From an uncultured cyanobacterium (GTDB taxonomy: Bacteria; Cyanobacteriota; Cyanobacteriia; Cyanobacteriales; CAWUOF01): a stretch of 64,000 nt of DNA. This document shows positions 51,676 to 60,855 of the stretch, in pieces. The position numbers and the translations under genes are program-made. Below the pieces are notes generated by a model. That model had not been told where the DNA came from. It was given only the letters and a program-made list of their open reading frames with translations, and did not search any database. The stretch spans positions 3,584,001 to 3,648,000 of the forward strand of contig CAVUSO010000001.1 of assembly GCA_963744145.1 (NCBI GenBank). Reading direction: 5' to 3'. The first letter of the stretch is position 1. Each line of letters opens with the position of its first letter.

Positions 51676-52779
51676 TTACAAAGGTTCAAGCACAGACTGA
51701 TTGGCGATCGCATCTAATCCCACCTGGGCTAACAAGTCTCTCCATTCACTTTTTAGGGTGGTATTATTAGGCTGGGCTTGTTTAGCTGCATTTAAAACGG
51801 CGATCGTATCGTACCAAATTCCTGATTTGGCATATAATGTGGCCACTTCTACCGCATTTAATTTAGACAGGTTATTGCTAATTGTTGGTGCTTCTACTCG
51901 TTTTACCCATCCACTCACAAAATGATTATCTGGACGGATGATCGCTCCAGGTACGCTCGCTGTAAAAAACCAAGCATAGTTTTTACCTAGGGCTAATTCG
52001 GGAGCATCATCAGGAAGAGTAATTTTAACTATTCCTCCTTGACCAGAAACTTGGAGATTGGTTTGATAAAATTGATTTTTGTTTTCATCTTGCATGGTAA
52101 ACAAGATGTTTGTGGCAGAAGTTGGAGGTAGATAAACAAAAAATGTCGGGTGAGCTGCGATGGTACGTCCAATTTTAGTTTGGGGAATTAAAGCCACCAG
52201 ATTAGAAATTTTTTCACTACGAGTGGCTGCCCCAGTGGTATTTTGAGGTGTAGATTCTCCCGGAGCTTGGAAACTCACATTACCACGAGTAGCTCCTCCT
52301 GTAGTATTTTGAGGTGTGGATTCTCCCGGAGCTTGGAAATTCACATCACCACGAGTAGCTCCTCCTGTAGTATTTTGAGGTGTGGATTCTCCCGGAGCTT
52401 GGAAACTCACATTACCGCGAGTAGCTCCTCCTGTAGTATTTTGAGGTGTGGATTCTCCCGGAGCTTGGAAACTCACATTACCGCGAGTAGCTCCTCCTGT
52501 AGTATTTTGAGGTGTAGAATCTCCCGGAGCTTGGAAGTTGATATTTCCTCTTATTCCTCCACCCGTAGAATTATTAGGTGTACTATCTCCTGGTGCTTGA
52601 AATTGAATATCTCCCCGACTACCTCCTCCGGTAGTATCATGGGGAGCCGAATCTCCTGGTGATTGGAATTGGATCGCGATCGCTGGTTTTAAACTGCTCA
52701 AGTTAGTGCCCACTACCATGATTCCAGCTAGAGAGAAAAAGAGAGCTGTTTTAGTAATAGAGTTGTGAGAAGTAGTCAT
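51676..52779 (-). CDS. Exported DUF928 protein with seven N-terminal 22-aa repeats
   Basis: Signal peptide ending AIA, followed by the repeats and then GRTIAAHPTFFVYLP...GIWYD...W..LL..VGL. Confidence 0.88.
   Translation of the reverse strand: MTTSHNSITKTALFFSLAGIMVVGTNLSSLKPAIAIQFQSPGDSAPHDTTGGGSRGDIQFQAPGDSTPNNSTGGGIRGNINFQAPGDSTPQNTTGGATRGNVSFQAPGESTPQNTTGGATRGNVSFQAPGESTPQNTTGGATRGDVNFQAPGESTPQNTTGGATRGNVSFQAPGESTPQNTTGAATRSEKISNLVALIPQTKIGRTIAAHPTFFVYLPPTSATNILFTMQDENKNQFYQTNLQVSGQGGIVKITLPDDAPELALGKNYAWFFTASVPGAIIRPDNHFVSGWVKRVEAPTISNNLSKLNAVEVATLYAKSGIWYDTIAVLNAAKQAQPNNTTLKSEWRDLLAQVGLDAIANQSVLEPL
52213..52674 (-). repeat. 66-bp coding tandem repeat x7
   Basis: Consensus VSFQAPGESTPQNTTGGATRGN. 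Copies 3-7 are near-identical in DNA. Confidence 0.95.
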
Positions 52780-52809
52780 AATAGCTCCTTATTTAATTGA
52801 ATGAAAAAA

Positions 52810-55435
52810 TTACAGCCAATTTCCGACTAAGACAAATGGTGCCCAGAAATAGGGATGGTTGTATTCAGGATTTTTTAACAAACCGATTTGAGCTTGACGT
52901 AAAGCTTCGGCTTTGCTCATTTTTAAGTCTGTCCGACTTAAGTTATGATAAAATTTTATCATCAAATCTGCCGTAAATCTGTCACTGACTGACCACAAGC
53001 TCGCTAAGGTACTGAGTGCTCCTGAGCGTAATGCTAATCCTGCTAGACCCAATACAGCCCTTTGATCTCCCGATGCAGTTTGACAAGCACTTAAAACTAA
53101 TAACTGAATGGGATTTAGGTTTACTTGTCCTTGGGGTTGAAGTAATTGATCGAAATCTTTGACTGCGATTTTTTGATCCCAAGTAAGTAAAAAGGTTTCG
53201 GCTGGATTAGAGCTGAATTGGCCAGTGGGTAGCCAGATGAACTACTGGAAAGACGTTAGTCTCTACTTGGGTTTTAAAAGCAGCACGAGTAAAATTCTCA
53301 TTTAACAGTACCTTAGCATCTATTGTAGCAGCAATTTGTTTGACTTCTTCGGCAACTCCTGGTAAATCAGAAAAACCTTGACGAGCTTCTGTAAGTCCCA
53401 CCGCTAAGACTTTGAGTTGATTTCGTTCCAGTCCTTGGGGAAATAGTTGTAACCCTGGGCTCAGAGCGATACTATATTTTTCGATGAGATACTGTTGACC
53501 ATCATAGAGGGTAGCCATGGGTAAAGAACGGAAGAACCCATCTAGGACAAATACTAGGGTTTTGACCCCATGACTAGCTAGGTCTGTCTCAGCGGGTCGA
53601 ATCAGCCAGTCATAAACTTGCTCGGAAAAGTGCTGATTCTTATCATAAGAATAACCTATATAAAAAGAAGAGTATAAATTTTGCAGTACTGCTTCGATTT
53701 GTTCTTTAGCTAGTGGGGTGGTGTAGTGACGGAGCGGTTGATTAGGTTGAGATAAGATTACTTCTAAGCGATCGTCCAGAATAATTGGATAAATTACAGC
53801 CGATTGGGGATCAATACTATCAATTTTTTGGGGATGGGTTGTTAAGCAAGCATCCCGGAAAAAGTTATCTAATTCTGCCAATTGGAGAGCTTCGATGACT
53901 TGACGAGCTTGAGTAATATTAGCTTGGCTGGCATTAGGCTGTAATAATAAGCTGACCAGTTGTCGATAAACGGGTTCTACGCTTTCTTTAAAGTTAAATT
54001 GCACTTCGGAATTAATTGCAACTAAGTCATTGCGAAGTGATTGTAAGGTATTAACGGCTTCAGTATAAGCGGTAATGGATTGATTTACATCTCCTTTTTG
54101 CTTGAAAATTCGACCTAGTTGCCAAGCAGCACGGGCGACTGTTATCGGGTCATTAGTTGTTTGGGCAATTTGGAGAGAATGTTGAGTGAGATTTTGGGCA
54201 TCTGCCCATTGTTGATTTTGTTCATAAATTTTTCCTAGTTCATTGAGGGCTGATGCTTCGGCTCTTTGATCTCCGATTTGTCTAGCTTCTTCGATCGCTG
54301 TTGCTAATATTTTAGCAAGATCAGGGATTTGGCGATCGCCCGTTCCGACCGATAGTTTCATTAAACTTTCAGCTAAGTTAACTTTGCCGTAGATCGAATA
54401 ATGGGAAGCTGGTAATCCAGCTAAATTAGATTCTATTTGGGGGAGCAGAGCGATCGCGGGTTTCCAGTTTTTGCTTTCTGTCAATAAACTTAGTTCATTG
54501 AGTTGAGATTGGAGACGAACCAGATCATTTTTGGCTACTTTTGTGGCTTGTTGATAGTAGGCTAAAGCCACATCATTTTGCCCTAAATCTCTGGCTACAT
54601 TACCGATGCTAAATAAGGTAGAACTTGTGTCTTTACTAGGGTCAATCCGCTTGCTAATTTCCCAACTTTGTTCTAATATTTTCTTGGATTTAACTAAATC
54701 ACCTGCGGTTTGCAAAGCTACACCTAAACTGCGTAAGCCATCTGCTTTCAAAAGAGTATCTGGTTGAGATTGCAGTTGCCCGACCAACTCGTCTAAAAGT
54801 GATCTTGACCGTCGATACTGTCCTAAAGATTGCCAAGCTTGAGCTTGATTAATCTGACTACCCAATTTGCCAGTTTGATTATCAGCTCGATCATAGGTAG
54901 CTGTGGCAATTTTCCAAGTTTCTAATGCTGGTTCAGTTTGTCCAGTTGCTAGTTGAATATTGCCTTGAATATTGAATGCTTGCGCTAAGATATCAACACC
55001 TCGGCGCTCTAAATTACTTTGATTTTGTAATAAATTTATACTCGTTTCGATGGTCTTTTTAGCCAAATCCCATTGACCTAAATCTTGAGTTACAGATGCT
55101 AGGTAATTTAAGGCTTGAGCTTGGTTAAGAATAGCACCTTTTTCGGCATATTTCTGGGCTGCTTGTTGCCAGATTTTAGCAGCATCGGCAAAACGTCCTG
55201 CTGTATATAGTTCTTTTCCCTGCTGCAATAATTGATGTGGATCTTCTAAAGTTTGAGTCACCGATAAGGATACTTGATTTTCTCTTTCCCCATGGGAATG
55301 TTGGGCGATCGCTGGTAACCCGACTGTAACTATAACTAAAGTTAGCAAAAAGCAACCTATAAACAGGAAAGATGAAAAAGAACTAATTTTTTTCTTACCT
55401 ATAGATCTTATGCGTTGCAGATAAATGTTGACCAT
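52810..55435 (-). CDS. Exported TPR + CHAT-domain (caspase/HetF-like) protease, +1 frameshift at about 53224
   Basis: Hydrophobic leader ending AIA, TPR helices, ELDNFFRDAC, HLATH(G), LSACQTA.GD and HPYFWAPFVLVGNWL. Confidence 0.88.
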
Positions 55436-55700
55436 AATTTTATATACCGTTACATTTAAAATGTTTATGGTTATCAGTAGGGCTGATATTTTCTGTTCAA
55501 TGAGTATTTTTACCATCGTTAATCAGAAAATTTGTAACTGAAGATACTTTTTCCTCCGCTGCATATAGTTAATTTCATTATTCCCATAATTGAGCTAGAT
55601 CTATCTTCTATTTGCCAATTTAGATATTGAGCGATCGCTGACAACCTGGCTGTAGCAATAAAATCCAGTGAGCAAAAAGGGATAACTATTGGTCATGAAT

Positions 55701-58202
55701 TTATATACCGTTACATTTAAAAGGTTTAAGCCAAGGTGAATCACCAGTTAAATTTGTTGGATCAGCGACTAATTTGATTTTGCCGATCGCATCTTTTACC
55801 CAACCTGTTGCTTCCACCAATTGATGGGACTGCTGTGGCACCAAAAAACGCGAATTTTGGCTAAATCTTTGGGGACGGGGGTTTTCCGGTGCGGAAAAAT
55901 CTTGCCAATCTTGCCAAATTGTTTGACCTCTAATTGTTGTGGTGGGATCTTCTGGTAAACCACCAAGTCCAGTCACAGTTAAGGAGTTACCTTGATTAAC
56001 AGCACATCCTACCACTACTTGGTGAGTGGGATCTTGGACTGTATCTGGTAATATTACTAATCCAGAACTAGGGTTTACGGCGGGATTGTTAATATTGATC
56101 GTACCAGAAACTCCAAACTGGGAACTAGCGGTAATATTACTATTGGGAGAAAGAAATAGTCCTTGGGTAGTGATATTAATATTACCACCTCGACCTTGAA
56201 CCGCATTAGCAATAATGTTACTATTTTCGAGTAGCTCTACCGTATTTGTATCAATATAGAGGTTACCCCCATTACCATTACCACCAGCAGTAGCAGTAAT
56301 ACTACTGTCTCCTTGTAGTTGGATATTCTGTCCTTGCAACATAATATTACCACCTTTACCATTAGTAGTAGTAGCAGTAATCTCACCAGCATTGTCTAGA
56401 AAAATAGAAGCAGCATTAATATTAAGTGTTCCTGCACTACCAAGTCCCTGATTGGTGACATTGACTAAACCACCATTAAGGACGCTCAATTGAGGAGTGT
56501 TAATTGTCACAGTTCCCGATTTCCCGCTTGGTACGGTCGGTAATCCCAGGAATTTTTGGGCTTCTAAATCAGCAATCTGAGCAGATGCACTAATCTGGGA
56601 TGGATTCAGATCTGCGACTGCTTGACCATTCACTTCGACAGATTTGAGAGCATTGATAGTAATATCACCAGCATTACCACTTGCATAAGTTGCGCTAGAA
56701 ACTTGTCCTCCCTGATCTATGGTTAACTTTGAGGTATTAATTATTAAATTACCACTATTTCCTGGACCGAAATTTATCACTCCCAAAAAGCTAAAAGTCC
56801 TAGTATATGTGTCTGCTCCTGTACCGATAATGTCTAGAGTAGTTGCAGAAACAGTAAATTTACCACCGCTTCCAGAACTAAATGTACTATCCGTTATCCT
56901 TGCTCCCTGTAAAATACTTAGCTGATTTGTGAGTATGGTTAAATCTCCCGCATTCCCTGAGCCGTAGGTAGCACTACCGATATTACTAACAGAAGATTTA
57001 CTTACTTCTACAGATTGAGCAGCATTTATATTAATATCTCCACTTTTCCCCGTATTAAAACTTGTAGTATCTATAATTGCTCCAGATTGGACGAATAAGC
57101 GTTTAGTTACAATATTTATATCTCCTCCGTTTCCTGCTGCTACCGATTGAGTGAGCAAGCTACTAGGAACGTCTTGAGTTGAGGATATTCCACTTAATTG
57201 GACGGACTCAGATGCGTTAATACTGATATTTCCAGTTGGTTTAATTCCTTGATTTTCAATTAAAATAACTGAACCATCATTAAGAGTTACATTTCTACCT
57301 TGGACAGAAATAAACCCGCCTCCTTGATTATTACTAGCATCAAGTAAAGCTTGTTGAGATAAATTTATATCAGCAAATATTTGCCCATCTGGATAGTCAA
57401 AGCTCCAACCAGTTGCCGCAGAATTAAAATTAACATTACCAGCACTAACGCTACCTAATTCAATTCTTCCTCCTGGTGCCATTAATACCGCTCCTTGGAG
57501 ATTAATATTATTCCCAATTAAGGCTAAAGATTGACCTGGTGCTACTTGTAAACCTGGAGAGTTATTTCCCCTTAAAAATCGGGGAGAAGCTGGGTTAGGA
57601 ATAGTTAAATTATGTCCCATCCCAGCAACATTAATAGCTCCAGAATTTTGACTAAATTGTAATCCTATTGGTGTACTAATAGTTAGTAATGGGGAGTTTT
57701 GAGGATTAGTCGCACTAAATAGAGTGCCATCAGCAAAACTAATTCTATTCGCTGTACTTCCTAAAAAAGACCCACCAATATTTAAGGCTGCATGAGTACC
57801 AAAATTAATTCCATAAGGATTGAGGAAAAATAAGTTAGCTGTCCCATTAGCTTTGAGAGTCCCATCAAGATTAGAACTAGTATTCCCTGTAACGCGAGTG
57901 ATAATATTTTGGATATCTAAAGCATTATTAAAAAATGCTGTATTACCAGTCGGGATCGAAAAATTTGTGAAACTATGAAATAAGTTGCCACCTGCTCTAC
58001 TACCACCTAGGATCATTAAATCCTTACCATTGGGAACAACAATAGAATTATTAGGAAGAGTGCGATCGGGGATAATTTGTGCTGTGACTCGACTAGAAGG
58101 TACAGCTAGCGCGATGAAGATAGTCCAGAATAATTGGGAAGAGACTAGGTGACAACGACATAAAAAAATACGCTTTTTAATGGAACTAATAAGCATTATC
58201 AA
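55701..58202 (-). CDS. Filamentous-haemagglutinin-N-domain (TpsA-like) exoprotein, copy 1
   Basis: NLFHSF..F, NP.GI.FG, beta-helix repeats, GLGGLP and EATGW. Confidence 0.9.
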   Translation of the reverse strand: MIMLISSIKKRIFLCRCHLVSSQLFWTIFIALAVPSSRVTAQIIPDRTLPNNSIVVPNGKDLMILGGSRAGGNLFHSFTNFSIPTGNTAFFNNALDIQNIITRVTGNTSSNLDGTLKANGTANLFFLNPYGINFGTHAALNIGGSFLGSTANRISFADGTLFSATNPQNSPLLTISTPIGLQFSQNSGAINVAGMGHNLTIPNPASPRFLRGNNSPGLQVAPGQSLALIGNNINLQGAVLMAPGGRIELGSVSAGNVNFNSAATGWSFDYPDGQIFADINLSQQALLDASNNQGGGFISVQGRNVTLNDGSVILIENQGIKPTGNISINASESVQLSGISSTQDVPSSLLTQSVAAGNGGDINIVTKRLFVQSGAIIDTTSFNTGKSGDININAAQSVEVSKSSVSNIGSATYGSGNAGDLTILTNQLSILQGARITDSTFSSGSGGKFTVSATTLDIIGTGADTYTRTFSFLGVINFGPGNSGNLIINTSKLTIDQGGQVSSATYASGNAGDITINALKSVEVNGQAVADLNPSQISASAQIADLEAQKFLGLPTVPSGKSGTVTINTPQLSVLNGGLVNVTNQGLGSAGTLNINAASIFLDNAGEITATTTNGKGGNIMLQGQNIQLQGDSSITATAGGNGNGGNLYIDTNTVELLENSNIIANAVQGRGGNINITTQGLFLSPNSNITASSQFGVSGTININNPAVNPSSGLVILPDTVQDPTHQVVVGCAVNQGNSLTVTGLGGLPEDPTTTIRGQTIWQDWQDFSAPENPRPQRFSQNSRFLVPQQSHQLVEATGWVKDAIGKIKLVADPTNLTGDSPWLKPFKCNGI

Positions 58203-58278
58203 ACCTATTTATTGACCAATACGGTTCAGGTAAATATAAAATACAATTAGCAAAAAAAGATAAATTTTTGTGATAAAT

Positions 58279-60783
58279 TTATATACCTTTACATTTAAAA
58301 GGTTTAAACCAAGGTGAATCACCAGTTAAATTTGTTGGATCAGCAACTAATTTGATTTGACCGATCGCATCTCTTATCCAAGCTGTTGCTTCCACCAGTT
58401 GATCTGACTGCTTTGAAATCTCCAAAGACAAATTTTGACTAAATTTTTGATCATGAGAGTTTTCTGGTGCTGAAAAATCTTGCCAATCTCGCCAAATTGT
58501 TTGACCTCTAATCGTCGTAGTTGGATCTTCTGGTAAACCACCAAGTCCAGTTATCGTTAAGGAGTTACCTTGATTAGCTGCACATCTCACAGCTACTTGC
58601 TGGGTGGGATCTTGGACTCCATCTGGTAATACTACTAATCCAGAACTAGAGTTTACGGCTGGATTGTTAATATTGATTGTGCCAGAAACTCCAAACTGGG
58701 AACTAGCAGTAATATTGCTATCGGGAGAAATAAATAGTCCTTGGGTGATGATATTAATATTACCACCTCTTCCTTTAAAGGCATTAGCAATAATATCACT
58801 ACTTTCTAAGGCAACTAAGGTATCAGTTTTGATATTAATATTACCACCATTTCCTGTATCACCTGCGGTAGTAGTAATTTTACCACCCAAACGCAATTGC
58901 AAATTTTGGTTTTGCACAATAATATTACCACCTGCACCAGATGCAGTTGTTGCTGTGATCAGACCACCATTAGTGACAGAAATATTCTTCGCATTTATTC
59001 TCAGTGTTCCCGCGTTTCCAGAACCGACATTCCTCACACTAAGCAGTCCCCCATTTTGGATGGTTAATTGATCTGTGTTCACAATCAAGTCTTTCGATGC
59101 TCCACTAGGTAAGGGGAGCAGGTTAAATTCTTGCTGGTATATAGTAAGGGGTGCTTCAGCCGAAGATGTAATCGAAGTCAAGAATGCTCCAGGAATATTG
59201 TCGCTAATTTTGATTGACTCAGTAGCATTAATAGTAACAGTTCCGGCATTACCACTCCCCAAAGTGGTAGCAGTAATATTACCTCCATCTTGGATAATTA
59301 ACTGGGCGGTATTAATGCTCAAGTTACCTGCATTACCACTATTAAAGGTACTACTAGAGATCACACTAGGTTGAAGTAAGGTCGGTTCAATTCCACTGAC
59401 TTGGATCTGGGTAGCATTCACTTTCACATCTCCTGCGTCACCTTGTCCTAATGTTAAAGATGTCAGCGCTCCTCCACCCAAAACTTGCAACTGAGGGGTG
59501 GAGATCGTGACATTTCCCCCATGACCAGGACCAAAGGTGGGACTTCCCAGAAAACTAAAAAATACTGGATTGAGTGGAGAAACTCCGCTTACTACTACGG
59601 ATTCAGAAGCGTTGACATTCACATTACCTCCGATCGCCGGACCGAATGTGTTAATATTGATTGACGCACCATCCTGAACTAACAACTTTTTGGTATTGAT
59701 ATTTAAGTCACCTATAAATCCTTCTGTAGTTGAACTACCGATATTGCTACGAATGCGTAAATCAGGTGCAGTTCCGATTAGATCGAATTCCTGGGAAGCA
59801 TTGATATTTATCTGACCTGATGGTTTTAACCCTGTATTCAGGATGATAATTTGGGAACCATCGGTCACTGTAATCAACCCCCCTTGAACTGTAATCGAAC
59901 CACCACCATCACTTTTAGCGTATGCTGCGGCTAGTTGTGATAGCGTAATATTTCCGAAGGATGACACTTTTGAATAGTCAAAGCTCCAACCATTGGGAGC
60001 AGCATTGATGGTGACATTGGGTAGTACACCTGAAGTTCCATCCACACTACCTAATTCTATATGTCCTGATGGTGCAGCAATAGTGCCACCAGTTAAGGAT
60101 ATATTGCCACCAATCAATGCTAAGGTATTTCCTGGTGCTACCTGTAATCCGGTGATTTGATCTCCTCCGGTTATTTCTCCCAGATTCGGATTAGGATGGG
60201 TAAATGTGTGACCTAAACCATTCACATTAATGTCACCAGGATGTTGTCCAAATTGTAATCCCATGGGAACGCTAATGGTTAATAGGGAATTAGGTTGGGG
60301 ATTGCTAGCACTAAAGGATGAGCGATCGCTAAATAGTATGGTCTCTGCGGTTGTCGCTAAAAACGAACCCCCTATATTTAATCTAGCATTTGGACCAAAA
60401 ATAATTCCCTTGGGATTGAGCAGAAACAGATTAGCTGTACCATTGGTTTGTAAGAATCCATCAATATTAGAACTGGAACTACCTGTAACACGAGTAATAA
60501 TATTTTGGATATCTAAAGCATTATTAAAAAATGCTGTATCACCAGTCGGGATCGAAAAATTTGCGAAACTATGAAATAAGTTGCCACCTGCTCTACTACC
60601 ACCTGTGATCATTAAATCCTTACCATTGGGAATAACAATGGAATTATTAGGAAGAGTGCGATCGGGGATAATTTGTGCTGTGACTCGACTGGAAAGTACA
60701 GCTAGCGCGATGAAGATAGCCCAGAATAATTGACACTGACATAAAAAAATGTGCTTGTTAATGGAACTAATAAGCATGATCAA
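58279..60783 (-). CDS. TpsA-like exoprotein, copy 2
   Basis: Same architecture as copy 1 with a divergent middle. Confidence 0.9.
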   Translation of the reverse strand: MIMLISSINKHIFLCQCQLFWAIFIALAVLSSRVTAQIIPDRTLPNNSIVIPNGKDLMITGGSRAGGNLFHSFANFSIPTGDTAFFNNALDIQNIITRVTGSSSSNIDGFLQTNGTANLFLLNPKGIIFGPNARLNIGGSFLATTAETILFSDRSSFSASNPQPNSLLTISVPMGLQFGQHPGDINVNGLGHTFTHPNPNLGEITGGDQITGLQVAPGNTLALIGGNISLTGGTIAAPSGHIELGSVDGTSGVLPNVTINAAPNGWSFDYSKVSSFGNITLSQLAAAYAKSDGGGSITVQGGLITVTDGSQIIILNTGLKPSGQININASQEFDLIGTAPDLRIRSNIGSSTTEGFIGDLNINTKKLLVQDGASININTFGPAIGGNVNVNASESVVVSGVSPLNPVFFSFLGSPTFGPGHGGNVTISTPQLQVLGGGALTSLTLGQGDAGDVKVNATQIQVSGIEPTLLQPSVISSSTFNSGNAGNLSINTAQLIIQDGGNITATTLGSGNAGTVTINATESIKISDNIPGAFLTSITSSAEAPLTIYQQEFNLLPLPSGASKDLIVNTDQLTIQNGGLLSVRNVGSGNAGTLRINAKNISVTNGGLITATTASGAGGNIIVQNQNLQLRLGGKITTTAGDTGNGGNINIKTDTLVALESSDIIANAFKGRGGNINIITQGLFISPDSNITASSQFGVSGTININNPAVNSSSGLVVLPDGVQDPTQQVAVRCAANQGNSLTITGLGGLPEDPTTTIRGQTIWRDWQDFSAPENSHDQKFSQNLSLEISKQSDQLVEATAWIRDAIGQIKLVADPTNLTGDSPWFKPFKCKGI

Positions 60784-60855
60784 ACCTATTTATTGACCAA
60801 ACGATTGAGCATTTCTCCGTAGTGATGAGGTAAAGTTTGGATTTTTGTGATAATT

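Noticed and set aside
52213..52674. 66-bp periodicity as CRISPR repeat-spacer units
   Set aside because: The whole unit repeats without unique spacers and is in frame within a gene.
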